From Octopus vulgaris (taxonomy: Eukaryota), in NCBI GenBank assembly GCA_951406725.2, contig OX597827.1, positions 62,372,001-62,436,000 on the forward strand: DNA of 64,000 bases, written 5' to 3'. The notes under the pieces were generated by a model. The model saw only the letters and a program-made list of their open reading frames with translations. It searched no databases and was not told where the DNA came from. The position numbers and the translations under genes were made by a program. Below, in pieces: positions 51,550-64,000 of the stretch; positions within the stretch are counted from its first letter, which is position 1; every line of letters begins with the position of its first letter.

Positions 51550-52373
51550 CACCACCACCACCATCAGCCTCGTACCTTTATTGAAATGTTGGCCTGATAT
51601 ATTCTCAACATTAAATATTGATTACTTACAAGTTACAAATTTTGGGGAGTGGATACTATAAATTCGATTTTTCGGAAGTATGAAAGACATAATCGATTTT
51701 TTTACAAGATTTGAACCTTCAATGTAAAGAGACGGTAAAAGTAATTATACCGCTTGTCTACCAATTATACCATCTACAATATTTTTTTATGGAGAAACAT
51801 ATGCCAATATGTTTCACAGTATTGCTTTCTGGCGAGCTGTCCACTTTAATGTCAATGCACTGGTGTATTTTAACTTGCTTTTTTTTTTTGTAAAGCTGAT
51901 AACTAAGGTTAAGGTGATTTCAGAAAAATATAAACTATTTCAGACTACTATGATCTTTAAATCTCATTTCATTGAATAATTCAATAAGGTTGTTTACTTT
52001 TTTTAAGTTACCAGCTTGTGGTTTACTTTGATTTTTAAGACTTAACAGGCCATCATCACGGTATAATCCGCTTTTTAAACATGGGAATTATTTGGATTAA
52101 ATGCAAAAATATATAATTCAATACTTTCTCAAACTTTCTCCGAATCTGTAATAGCATTGAACGAAACAATGCTTCTTTCTTAATCCATATGGTATTAACA
52201 AAAGATACCACAGCTCTTCTTGCATACATTATAATATGTTAATCTCAGAATCAGAAGTCTGGGAGTAGTCTTTGGGAAAATCATCTCATTCTTTGAATTA
52301 ATCTTTTAGCAACGGATGCCTCATGATTGAGGCGACTTATTCTATAGTTAACATTTAGTGTTATATTTATCTG

Positions 52374-52610
52374 TATTGAGGTGGCGAGCTGGCAGAAACG
52401 TTAGCACGCCGGGCAAAATACTAAGCGGTATTTCGTCTGCCGTTACGTTCTGAGTTCAAATTCCACCGAGGTCGACTTTGCCTTTCATCCTTTTGGGGTC
52501 GATAAATTAAGTACCAGTTACGCACTGGTGTCGATGTAATCGACTTAATCCGTTTTCCTGTCCTTGATTGTCCTCTCTGTGTGTAACCCCTTGCGGGTAG
52601 TAAAGAAATA
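52374..52610 (+). mobile_element. SINE family D monomer with 14-bp target-site duplication
   Basis: TSD GTTATATTTATCTG at 52360-52373 and 52611-52624. Confidence 0.9.
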
Positions 52611-52807
52611 GTTATATTTATCTGCAATCTTTAAAAAAAACTATGCCTGCTTTGGCAAGAATTATTTTGAAAATGTGTGAAAAAGTCATGACGTTTCTTT
52701 TGCGGGCATTGAAAGTGAAATATAGTTTGGCTAGTACAGAGATTCAATACCATCATTTATTTTTACATTCAAGCTGAATTTTGGCTTCTGAATTTAAGAA
52801 ACTTGAG

Positions 52808-53166
52808 CAGGGATTCGCAGCCATTTTTTATTAATGAACCTATTTATTACTATTTTATTGTGGTGGAACCCCATAGCCATTCGATGTTTAAAAACTAGTT
52901 TCATAGGAACTTCTTTCATAATTCCTGTTTCGCTTTTCACATATTAACTTGTGTAGGTTGAACTATGTGAAATATTAGAGAAAGTCACTTGACTGTTTCT
53001 TGCAATACATACCAATACATACATCTAAAGAAAACATTTTTCAGAGGCCCTTAAAATTCTATTGGGGATTTAATATTTTGTTACGTGGACCCCAAATATC
53101 TTGTATGGACCCTCGGGGGCCATGTGGACTCTCAGGGGCCATGTGGACCCCGGTTGTGAACCACGG
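52808..53166. mobile_element. Old hAT (Charlie-like) MITE
   Basis: Degenerate termini CAGGGATTCGCAGCC and GGTTGTGAACCACGG, subterminal GTGGACCCC repeats, right flank CTCTAGAG; the left TSD has diverged. Confidence 0.5.
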
Positions 53167-53562
53167 CTCTAGAGCATCTATTAGTCTATCTGTCTGTCTA
53201 GCTATCTATCTGTTCATCTGTCTATCTATTAGTATTTATATGCGTGTGTGCATGTATGTTTGTATATATATGTATGTATTTGTATGAGTGTGTGTGAGTA
53301 CACACAAATAGGTATAAAATCCATGGTTAGAGAAGGAAGATAGGAAGAAATTTAGCTTCGTGCAATCCGTAGTAAATATAAAAATCAACTTTCAGGGTCA
53401 ATAGTGGTTTATTGAGATGGAAGGTTGTGGATATTTTTCTCATCGAAGTACGGTAAATTGAAATATTCAGGTCACTCCTTGGAATGGAACTTAGAATATT
53501 GGGGTTAACCACTACGCCATATGTCCACGGTCCTGAATAATAATAATAATAATAATAATAAC

Positions 53563-53636
<74 letters not shown>

Positions 53637-53661
53637 TGATAATGATAATAATAATAATAAT

Positions 53662-54834
53662 GTTACTTATAGCTACAATGTGTTGAACTGGAATATGAGT
53701 GAAGTAAAGAATATAGACAGGAAAATACGCAAGCTGCTGAGTTGTAATAGGATGCACCACCCAAAGGCAGATGTAGATCGCCTTTACATTCCCAGAGCCC
53801 AAGGAGGTCGAGGCCTGATCCAATTTGAACTAGCTTACAAAACAACCACAATTGGACTGGCCAAATATCTTGAAATAACGAATGACTGGATGCTAAAGCT
53901 CGTGGAAAATCACGAGAGACGAAAGAAGCTTCATTCTATCATAAAGGAAAGCAAAAAATTTGCTATTGATCTCGTGCAGGATACCCAAACTGAACAACCC
54001 GAGGGAAGTACGGCAACTATTGTTGCAAAGAAGGTGAAAATAATGGCAACGAAAAAAGCGCATGAGCAATTGGCTGATAAGTGGGAGGAGAAACCTCTGC
54101 ACGGCAAATATGTGGCCCGCAGCAAACAAGCTGATGTTGACCAGAAGCAAACCCATCAGTGGCTACGGAGCTCAGGGCTAAAAGCAGAGAGCGAAGGTTT
54201 CATCCTGGCTGCTCAAGGTCAAAGCCTATTAACCCAGAACTACCGGGCCAATGTGATGAAAAATGGAGCAGACCCAAAATGCCGATTCTGCAACGACATG
54301 ATTGAAACAGTGGACCACCTAATCTCTGGATGTAAAGTCTTAGCACCAGTGGAGTATAAATTAAGACATGACAGAGTTGGCCAATATCTACACTGGCTAA
54401 TAAGTCAGCATTACAATATCAAAACTGCCGACAAGTGGTATAATCACCACCCTGAAGCTGTAACTGAAGGAGAAAATGTAACGATTCCAGTACATACAGA
54501 CCGAACCATCAAAGCCAATAAACCAGATATTGTTGTGAAAGACCAAAACAATAAAGTTTGCTTATTGATCGACATGAGCATCCCCTGTGATCATAATATC
54601 TCGGCGAAAGAGTTTGACAAGCTCAAAAAATATAAAGACCTGCTCATTGAAATTGAGAAAATGTGGCATCTCAAGGCGGTTACAATACCAGTGATAGTAG
54701 GAGCACTAGGAATGATCAAGAAGGGAACCGAAAATTATATGAGAATGATCCCTGGCTTACCATCCCTGCAAGAAGTGCAAAAGATTGTCTTAACTGGTAC
54801 ATCACACGTATTGAGAAAAGCATTGTCGCTGTGA
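53662..54834 (+). CDS. C-terminal half of a LINE ORF: RT thumb, CCHC zinc knuckle, restriction-like PD-(D/E)xK endonuclease
   Basis: RLYIPRAQGGRGL, HGKY, EGFILAAQ, CRFC-x8-H-x4-C, RHDRV, KPDIVV..LIDMSIP..KLKKY, IPVIVGALG. The poly-N N-terminus in the ORF track is the microsatellite, so there is no true start. Confidence 0.9.
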   Translation, partial: VTYSYNVLNWNMSEVKNIDRKIRKLLSCNRMHHPKADVDRLYIPRAQGGRGLIQFELAYKTTTIGLAKYLEITNDWMLKLVENHERRKKLHSIIKESKKFAIDLVQDTQTEQPEGSTATIVAKKVKIMATKKAHEQLADKWEEKPLHGKYVARSKQADVDQKQTHQWLRSSGLKAESEGFILAAQGQSLLTQNYRANVMKNGADPKCRFCNDMIETVDHLISGCKVLAPVEYKLRHDRVGQYLHWLISQHYNIKTADKWYNHHPEAVTEGENVTIPVHTDRTIKANKPDIVVKDQNNKVCLLIDMSIPCDHNISAKEFDKLKKYKDLLIEIEKMWHLKAVTIPVIVGALGMIKKGTENYMRMIPGLPSLQEVQKIVLTGTSHVLRKALSL

Positions 54835-54994
54835 GAACTATTACTACCCATGTATTTTAATTTAACTTAAAAAAAAATGAACGAACTATTGAGTTTAGTT
54901 TAATGGCCTACCAATGTATACTATGAGTTTCTTGCCCTAGGAGTCGGGAAGACACTCGACAAGAAATGGAAGCAAATTTGAAAGAAAAAAAAAA
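53662..54994 (+). mobile_element. 5'-truncated R4/Dong-clade non-LTR retrotransposon inserted in (TAA)n
   Basis: Open frame to the stop at 54834, ~150-bp 3' UTR, A-rich end, (AAT)n on both sides; Dong elements are known to target TAA repeats. Confidence 0.9.
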
Positions 54995-55014
54995 TAATAA
55001 CAATAATAATAACA

Positions 55015-55201
55015 TTGAAAAATACCTTAGGAATGAGAACCCAGGTTCGAAATTTCCCCAAGCTACCTGATGAAGGCTGGGGGGTATATCAGCCGAAACG
55101 TGTTAATAACAAACAAGATGAGGACAAATATCCATCGAATGTAAATAATGTAAATACTGTAAATAAAGTACATAATTCCTCATCTCTTAAATATAGAACT
55201 C
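55015..55201 (+). mobile_element. Penelope-like terminal-repeat fragment with hammerhead core at 55065-55104
   Basis: AC-CTGATGA-A-GGCTG-ggggggtatat-like loop-CAGCC-GAAAC-GT-GT; stem I and the cleavage site look damaged. Confidence 0.6.
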
Positions 55202-55539
55202 TTTACTCGCGTTAATACCCTTCATGAATCACAACTCTCGTAACCTCAGTTCATAGGAATCAGCAAACTTGAGTTCAATACCCATTGATGGATAGAAGAC
55301 AGCCCAGGCTGAATAAATGTTTATCGTTATGATTAATCATTATTTCTTTATTTTGGTTTCGTAATGTCCTGGAGTAGATTTTATGGACTGTATCTCACCC
55401 TCCACATCTCATCCCATTCCATCCCCACCTCTCGTGTTCCAACTTGCCCAGCATCTTTCTCTCCTGGTGGTGCCTTTCGAAAGGCATTGGACGTCGTTTG
55501 TGTAATGACGATAATCAATAAATTATACGCTGTCTCCAG

Positions 55540-55641
55540 GTGTTCAGTGCCGGCAGCCAAGTGTGAGAAGACTTATCCAAGTTTGAATGCACGACTGGTT
55601 GTGCTGCACCAAGTAGATATGTGGTTTTGGGCAATGCGCCA
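55540..55641 (+). CDS. Candidate 102-nt coding exon of an unidentified host gene
   Basis: Acceptor ctgtctccag|G, donor CA|gtaagc, one open frame (CSVPAAKCEKTYPSLNARLVVLHQVDMWFWAMR); product not recognised. Confidence 0.3.
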
Positions 55642-55644
55642 GTA

Positions 55645-57605
55645 AGCACCACCATTACCAGCAGCAGAAGCACCAGCACCACCAGCACCACCAGCACCAC
55701 CAGCACCACCAGCACCACCAGCACCACCAGCACCACCACCACCACCACCATCATCACCACCACCACTACCACCACCACTAACACTACTACTACCACCACC
55801 ACCACCACCACCACCACCACCACCACCAGTACCACCACCACCACCAGTACCACCACCACCACCACCACCACCACCACCACCACCACCACCACCACCACCA
55901 CCACTAACACTACTACCACCACCACTACCACCACTAACACTACAACCACCACCACTACCAGCAACAGCAGCAGCAACAACAACAACACCATTACCTCGGC
56001 AAAGACCGCTCGACCCCCATCCCGCGTACCCCTCCTCATCTCATTTTCCTCCCTTTACTCTTCCCCTTCTCCCTCTCGTTCTCTTCTCTTTTCCTCTTAC
56101 AACTACATGGTAAGACAGAAAACAGATTGTACACGCATATGCATACGCACACACACACACGCGCACACTCACACACACACACACACACTCTCTTTCTCTC
56201 TCTCACTCTCTCTCTCTCTTTCTCTCACTCGTTCTCTTGAAAGCACACACAAACGCATAGTCTCTCATTCTCTCTCGATAGCACACACACACACACACAC
56301 ACACACCAACACACGCGCACACACACACACACTAACACACGCGCACACACACACCAACACACGCGCATACACACACATTCTCACACTTACTTTCTTTCTC
56401 TTGATAGCACACACACACAGACACACTCTTGTTTGTCTCTTACTCTCTCTCACAGACACACACACACTCTCTCTGTCACTCACACACACACAACACGCAT
56501 ACACCCAAATACGATTTCACAACATATGTGTGTTGATGCACGAGTGACCCAAACACTCACACACACAGACAGAAACAGACAAACTTACACACACATACAC
56601 AAATACACGGTTTCATACTTAGACAACCACTACACACACACACACACACACAATAGTTCCCCATACAGAGAAATAGCATTGGACAAAAGAGGACAGACAC
56701 ATACATATACACATACATACGCACAGCAACATTCATTCCCACTTCTCACACACGCATACATACACACACACAGAGAGGGACACACGTACTCATGTACACA
56801 CACACATACATACACAGACACACACGTACTCACGTACACACACACACGCACATATCCATTGACACATGCGCATTCCCGCGCCAATATCTGTTTTCCAAAA
56901 TGAGATTACGCCGTTCGGGGACATGTCTGTAAATACTGATAAGCAAAAGAGAGACACAATTGAATCAGAACCAACATGAGACAAAACAAAACAAAAAATA
57001 AAAACAGCAACAACATAAACATCATCGTCGTCGTCGTCAGCGTCACCGTCAGCGTCATCATCGTCATCAACATCCTGGTAGCCGTCGTCGTTATCATCGT
57101 CGTCGTCATCATCATCATAGACATCGTCACCACCACCACCATCATCATCCTCCTCCTCATCATCATCTTCATCATCAGCATCATCATCAACGTCATAGAC
57201 ATCGTCACTATCACCACCATCACCATCTTCATCCTCCTCATCCTCCTCATCATCAACAACATCACCACCATCATCAGGGACATCGTCCGTCATCATCATC
57301 ATCAACATCATTATCATTATCAGCACCATCATCATCATCATCATCACCGTCACCATCATCATCATCATCGTCATCATCACCATCACCATCACCACCGTCC
57401 TCCTCCTCCTCCTTCTCCTGCTCCTCCTCCTTCTCCTCCTCCTCCTCCTCCTTCTCCTCCTCTTCATCATCATCATCAACAACATCATCGCCATCATCAT
57501 GGACATCGTCCGTCGTCATCATCATCATCATCATCAACAACAATAACAACAGCAACAAACGCCAACAGCAACAACGACAAAGACAACAAAAAAAGCAATA
57601 ACAAT
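55645..57605. repeat. (ACC)n, (CA)n and (ATC)n microsatellite field
   Basis: Directly visible. Confidence 0.9.
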
Positions 57606-57754
57606 AGCAATGTAGGATGTTCCTTATACCGATATGACCTGCTAGAAATAGGAGCTAAACGTTTCTCAAATCACATACTAAATCTGAGGAGACGAAGAGA
57701 CAAAATGGCCAATTGTGCTGCCTTAACACACGGTCAAACTTGGCAGACACCCGG

Positions 57755-57925
57755 GGGAGGGAACTAGTAAATTACATCGACCCCAGTATTTCACTGGTAC
57801 TTAATTTTACCGACCCCGAAAAGATGAAAGGCAAAGTCGACCTCGGTGGGATTTGAACTCAGAACTTAGCGGAAGACGAAATAGCGCTAAGCATTTCGTC
57901 CGGTGTGCTAACGATTCTGGCAGCT
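57755..57925 (-). mobile_element. SINE family D monomer
   Basis: Reverse complement of the family D head and core. Confidence 0.8.
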
Positions 57926-57958
57926 GGACGGTTTAAAATATGAAAGAAGTCCCTCGTA

Positions 57959-58014
<56 letters not shown>

Positions 58015-58038
58015 CATATATATATATGTATGTATGTA

Positions 58039-61000
58039 TCTCTATATATATAAAACTGAGAATGTGTGTCTGTCTGTCTGTGTGTTTGTTTCCCTAAAAC
58101 TTGAGAACTACACAACCAATTTCATTCAAATTTTACACATGCCTTACTTAAGGTCCGGGGAGAATCATCGGCAAAAGATCTTAACTTTTTCCTAGGGCGA
58201 CCCCACAGCAATATCATATCTTCTCCACTATTTCAGTATTACAGGTTAAAAGTGAAACAAAAACATCTCTCTTTTGTAATGCAGACACTTTCACTATTAA
58301 AGTGAAAGTATTATATAACAGGGTTGAACCATTAACAATGGTCATCCATTTTGCTAGAAGATCCGCTATAGTCTTATATGCTAAACCACTGGTCTTCAAT
58401 TCATAATAATCAAATTAATATTCTATTTTTCACCCTTACTATGTGTGTGTGTGTGTGTATTAGCAATTCGTATAAAATTGCATCAATGACTTGAACTTGA
58501 ATAAGTGGTTTGACATAAATGGGGATAAATTAAAAAGGTTTGTTATTATTATTACTGTTTGACTATTGTAATCACGTTTGTTGGTTCCTCGTCAGGGAAG
58601 GGTTGTTGTGTTGCATTTGGTAAATAATTGTAAACCGTAACCCTTCTCCGAAAATGTTTGGTTATTGTTTAAAAATTGAAATGTTTGGGGAAATTGACAA
58701 AATTTTCACCGTCTTTACGGAAGCATTTTTGTTAAAATGCCTTCGATAAAAGAAAGTCCAAAAATGAATTTCGCTGCAGCCGTACACTTCTATACAAGAG
58801 GGAGGACAAGTACTAATTGATCGAAATTGCAAGAGACGGGCCTACAAGTTTTGAAAAATATTTTGAAAATTTTTCCCAAGAATCTTTGAAAAACGTTTTG
58901 AAAAGCAAGCGGTGCCAAAATCAAAAAGTATGGAAAGCCAGCGGTGCCAAAATCACAAAGTATGGAAAGCCAGCGGTGCCAAAATCACAAAGTATGGAAA
59001 GCCAGCAGTGCCAAAATCACAAAGTATGGAAAGCTAGCGGTGCCACAATCACAAAGTATGAAAGGCCAGAGGTGCCAAAATCATAAAGTATGGAAGGCCA
59101 ATGGTGCCAAAATCACAGAAAATTTTACCCGAAAATTTTTCGAAAACTTTCCCCAAAAATTTTTCCTAGATTTTACCCAAATTTTTTCGAAAATTTTCCC
59201 AGAAAATTTTTTTCGAAAATTTTCCTCAAAAATTTTTAGAGAATTTTCACCGAAAATTTTGTCCAAAAATTTTTCGATAATTTTCATCGAAAATTTTCCG
59301 AAAATTTTCACCGAAAAATTTACCCAAGGATTTTTCGAAAGTTTTTTCCGAAAATTTTCCCCAAAGTATGGAAAATCAGTGGTGCCAACATCACAAAGTG
59401 TGGAAACCTAGCGGTGCCGAAATCATTAAGTATGGAAAGCTAGCGGTGCCAAAATCACTAAGTATGGAAGGCCAGAGGTGCCAAACTCACAAAGTATGGA
59501 AAGCCAGCGGTGCCAAAATCACCGAAAATTTTCCCCAAAAATTTTTGGAAATTTTCCACCGAAAACTTCCCCAAAAATTTTTCGAAAATTTTCCCCGAGC
59601 TAAAAATAGAATTTTAGGTGTCTGCTTCCGCTGCTTTCTGTGTATAGAGTGAATTCTGGTTTAATATTACAGTCAAGATGCCTCACGATCAACGATACAC
59701 CAGATTCTACTCTATACACGGAAAGCAGCAGAAGCAGCCACCTAAAATTCTATTTTTAGCTCGGGGAAAATTTTTGGGTAAAATTTTCGGTGAAAAGTTT
59801 CGAAAAATTTTTGCGAAAAATTTTCGTAAAATTTTTTGGGTAAAATTTTACCCAAAAATTTTTGAGGAAAATCTTTGATGAAAATTATCGAAAAATTTTT
59901 GGACAAAATTTTCGGTGAAAATTCTCTAAAATTTTTTGGTTAAATTTTTTGTGAAAATTTTCGAAAAATTTTTGCGGAAAATTTTCGTAAAATTTTTGAG
60001 TAAAATTTTCGGTGAAAATTTTCTAAAAATTTTTGGGTAAAATTTTTGGTGAAAATTTGCGAAATATTTTCGGGAAAATTTTCGAAAAAATTTCGGTAAA
60101 ACTTTGGAAAAATTTTTGGGGAAAAATTTCCAAATATTTTCGGGTAAAAGTTTCTGCGATTTTGGCACCATTGGCCATCCATACTTTATAATTTTGGCAC
60201 CTCTGGCCTTCTATACTTTGTGATTTTGGCCCCGCTAGCTTTCCATACTTTGTGATTTTGGCACCGCTGGCTTTCCATACTTTGTGATTTTGGCACAGCT
60301 GGTTTTCCATACTTTGTGATTTTGGCACCGCTGGCTTTCCATACTTTGGGGAAAATTTTCGAAAGATCTTTTTGTAAATTTTTCGGTGAAAACTTTCGAA
60401 AAATTTTAGTGGAAAATTTTCGGGGAAAATTTTCGGTGAAAATTCTCGAAAAAGTTTTGGGGAAAATTTTCGGTGAAAATTTCGAAAACCCATATTACGA
60501 ATATTCTCCATATGCTGAAGTCTATAAACGTCGATATGGTCATAGGTGTTAAGTGTAGTGCAGAATCTGGTGTATCGTTGATCGTGAGGCATCTTGACTG
60601 TAATATTAAACCAGGATTCACTCTATACACAGAAAGCAGCAGAAGCAGCCACCTAAAATTCTATTTTTAGCCATAACATCTATTTTTAGCTCGGGGAAAA
60701 TTTTCGAAAAATTTTTGGGGAAAATCTTCGGTGGAAATTTTCGAAAAATTTTTGGGGAAAATTTTCGAAAACTTTTGGGTAAAATTTTCGGTGATTTTGG
60801 CACCGCTGGCTTTCCATACTTTGTGATTTTGGCACCTCTCCAAAGATTTTTGAAAAATTTTTTGAAAATTTTCCCCAAAATTTGAGAAAAATTTTTTGAA
60901 AATTTTCCCCCCAAATTTTTGAAAAATGTTTTGAAAATTTTCGCCAAAAATTTTCAAAATATTTTTCAAAAATTTTTGAATGTTTCGAAACTTTTCCCCA

Positions 61001-61976
61001 AATTTTTAAAAAGTTTAAAAAATTTTCCCCAAAACTATAGAAAAATTTTTTGAAAATTTTCCCCCAAAATTTTGAAAAATATTTTGAAAATTTTCACCAA
61101 AACTTTATAAAAATTTTCTGAAAATTTTGGCCAAAAATACTTCTCCAAAATTTTTGAAAACTTTTTCGACAATTTTCACGAAAATTTTTGAAAATTCTTT
61201 AGAGAATTTTAACCAAAATTTTTGTAAGATTTTTTGACAATTCTTTGAAAATTTTCGCCAAAAATTTTTGAAAAATTGTTCAAATTCAGGATGTTTTTGA
61301 AAGACACTATATTTTACAATCATAGTATATATACTTTCTCACACAACAATTACAATATATTTATTTTAAATCGTTCGTCTTTCTCCCCCCTCTCTCTCAC
61401 ACACATTACTTTGGGTGCGAAAGGGTTTTGTTCTTATTTTACGCCGAGTAAAAAAGTGTTTTGTTGACTATCCATTTATTTAACAACAAAGAAACAAAGG
61501 GTGAGTAGCAATTTGTCAGTGAATTGCAAAATATAAATGGGTACAATTTCCGAGGCTTCCACCACACCCACTCCGTTTCACGGACCACAAAAAGGGTTTT
61601 GTAGCATATTAGGAGGCCAGAGTAATTGATTCCACGCCAAAACAAAACGATTATTTTTCTTAGTGAAAATCGTGCGAGTGTTAATCTACAAATTTAACAA
61701 CATTTTTCCATTCATTTCTGTTTATGAACATGCACAAAACATGCAATAGGTGTACGTACGTACATGTGTGTTCGTCTCTGTTGCCCATATATATTTATAT
61801 TATATTATATTATATATATATAATATATATATATATAATATATATATAATATAACCAATTTCAACGGATTTTGCCCAAAATTTGACGTCGATATTACTTA
61901 GTTTGGTTTGAAATGATGAACTTGATTAGCTTAATAATCGTAACATAATCTCGGGCAAGGCCGGGTTATACTGCTA

Positions 61977-61977
<1 letters not shown>
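58039..61977 (+). mobile_element. Non-autonomous Helitron, 3.9 kb
   Basis: A|TCTCTATATATATAAAACTGAG start, (GTCT)n near the 5' end, 3' hairpin CTCGG-GCAAGG-CCGGG (61950-61965), then CTAG|T; no TSD; inserted at an AT within (TA)-rich sequence. Confidence 0.8.
58907..60838. repeat. 32-bp minisatellite in four blocks: 58907-59117 (+), 59363-59522 (+), 60157-60346 (-), 60791-60838 (-)
   Basis: Unit GTATGGAAAGCCAGCGGTGCCAAAATCACAAA with period 32; blocks are separated by GAAAATTTTC mosaic. Confidence 0.92.
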
Positions 61978-62016
<39 letters not shown>

Positions 62017-62667
62017 GCATGCTCATACATCTTCTATATTTTCTTTGCGTCAGCCATTGAACTTTGGGCTATCTCACACTGATGTACTGCATTCATTAGG
62101 TGAGTTGAACACGTCAGCCTCCAGCATGGCAGCAGTCCAATGACTGTAACCGGTATCAGTGGTAAAATATAATGTAATTATCGATAATGCTAACGAAACT
62201 GCTATTCACTCTGTTGCTATCACTGTTGCTAATTGTATTCTTTTTTAAAGGCAAAAAATATTCAAATGTCCATGGTTTCCTAAATTACTTTCCATTGACT
62301 GTCAACTTTCCATTCCTCTCCATGTCAAGTATTATTCTCAGAATGCATTTGCAGTTTAATTTCCGATGTATATCACTACTTCGCAAGTGTTCACAATATA
62401 TAATACTTCAAAAGCATTATATTGCTTAGTGGCTGACGATATGTGCATCTCTGATCAGGAGCAGAAGTAATGAGGTAGCAACATAGTCGTGTGTTGAATG
62501 GAATTCTTAGCGGTTTGGATAATTCACCTCTGGAAACATGGGTTTTTCGTTCAACATCCTTAAACAACCCTTATTCAGGGACCTTTTGAGCGGGATGCAT
62601 TACTCTTCCATGTGTAATTTTTTAAAGCCAGGATCGGAGAACTTTATTAACCAATTACTTCAAAATA

Positions 62668-63618
62668 TTGGGTTGTCCGGAAAGTTCGTAACTTTTTACG
62701 TCATCCAAGGAATTGAAATTTTACCATTACGACTATTCTGCAGAGACCTGAATAAGTGAAAATCCGAAGGAGCAATATCTGGTGAATATGGAGGGTTGGG
62801 TAACACATCCCAGCCGAGCTGCAGCAGTTTTTGTCTGGTTCCCAAAGCATCAAGTGCCGAAAATGAACTGTCTTATCTTCCATTTTAAAGGGTTACAGAA
62901 TTAACACAGGTTAATAAGCATAAACCAGACAAAAACTGCTGCAGCTCGGCTGAGATGTGTTACCCCACCCTCCATATTCACCAGATATTGCTCCTTCGGA
63001 TTTCCACTTATTCAGGTCTCTGCAGAATAGTCGTAATGGTAAAATTTCAATTCCTTGGATGACGTAAAAAGATACCTTGATGAATTATTTGCTATGAAAC
63101 CACCTTAATTCTGGGAAAGAGGCTATTTTCAACTTAAAGGAAAGATGGAGATGCATTGTGCAACAAAATGGTTCATATTTGGTTGATTAAAAATGTAATG
63201 GCAAGTATTTATTGACCTTTTTCTTTCCTTTAAAAATCGGCACGAACTTTCCGGAAAACCCAATATTTTGAAGTAATTGGTTAATAAAGTTCTCCGATCC
63301 TGGCTTTAAAAAATTACACATGGAAGACCAGTTTTAATCTTGCTTTTGAAGTATTATATATTGTGAACACTTGCGGAATTTTCTTCAGGTCGAGTAATGC
63401 ATCCCGCTCAAAAGGTCCCTGAATAAGGGTTGTTTAAGGATGTTGAACGAAAATCCCATGTTTCCAGAGGTGAATTATCCAAACCGCTAAGAATTCCAAA
63501 TGGAGGTGTAGTCTAAATGGAGGTGTAGTCAAATCCTATATGATGGATTCAACCATGTTTTAAAATAAGTCGAAAGGTAAGCTACTATAAATCGGCACGA
63601 ACTTTCCGGACAACCCAA
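62668..63618 (-). mobile_element. Internally deleted and rearranged mariner element
   Basis: TA-flanked TIRs TTGGGTTGTCCGGAAAGTTCGT at 62668 and 63618, plus a third TIR ending at 63263. Transposase N-terminus MEDKTVHFRHLMLW (-, 62883) and C-terminal VLPHPPYSPDIAPSDFHLFRSLQN..ERWRCIVQQNGSYLVD* (+, about 62923-63190). Confidence 0.88.
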
Positions 63619-63839
63619 TATTTGTATTTACTCCGACGTTATCCCCATAATTTGAAAGGAAGAAAATCATAGATTCTTTGAATTCAAGAGTTTTATTGAA
63701 TCTATTTATACGTGCATTACATTGGACTGATGGGATGTTGCCAGAAGAAAAATTTCTTTCGTAAAAAAGAAGACATTTTTTTGGATAATTTTACTTACGT
63801 CCAATGAGTCCTCATTACCTCCCCACCTCAAGAATTTCA

Positions 63840-63884
63840 TTTTTACCCGACTTGGGGTAATTTACTCCGGTTCGCCGACCCCTG
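63840..63884. mobile_element. Probable right end of a hAT-type MITE
   Basis: GGTTCGCCGACCCCTG (reverse complement CAGGGGTCGGCGAACC); partner end not identified. Confidence 0.35.
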
Positions 63885-64000
63885 GTTTAAAGAGTACTTT
63901 TACCCTTTATATGTTTTTAGAATAACCTGTCCATTCAGGGCCTTTTATTTATTAATTGGTTTCTCACAGGAAGGTCGAAAACATCGCAGCGAATCACCGA

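Noticed and set aside
58907-60838. 32-bp repeats as a CRISPR array
   Set aside because: Units are directly adjacent with no unique spacers, there are no cas genes, and the context is eukaryotic.

Overview
This is AT-rich eukaryotic non-coding DNA saturated with microsatellites ((TA)n, (CA)n, (GA)n, (TATG)n, (AAT)n, (ACC)n, (ATC)n). The SINE repertoire and repeat style look like an octopus (coleoid cephalopod) genome; that is inference and was not searched. Nearly all ORFs in the supplied track are microsatellite artefacts. Recognisable elements: (1) at least five tRNA-derived SINE families, two copies with clean 14-bp target-site duplications; (2) a 5'-truncated R4/Dong-type LINE (CCHC motif plus restriction-like endonuclease) inside a (TAA)n tract; (3) fragments of a second Dong-like RT, a CR1-type LINE and a Penelope GIY-YIG C-terminus; (4) a 3.9-kb non-autonomous Helitron filled with a 32-bp minisatellite and nested inversions; (5) a rearranged mariner and hAT-type MITE ends; (6) several tandem duplications. 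The most striking signal is about 14 type I hammerhead-ribozyme motifs from several distinct Penelope-like terminal-repeat families. Most sit next to (TA)n tracts, several have non-canonical cores (CCGAUGA, CUGUUGA, CUGUAGA), and two loci are near-perfect fold-back palindromes with a ribozyme on each strand. No host gene can be called firmly; a few phase-compatible candidate exons are flagged. There is no CRISPR array or prokaryotic feature.
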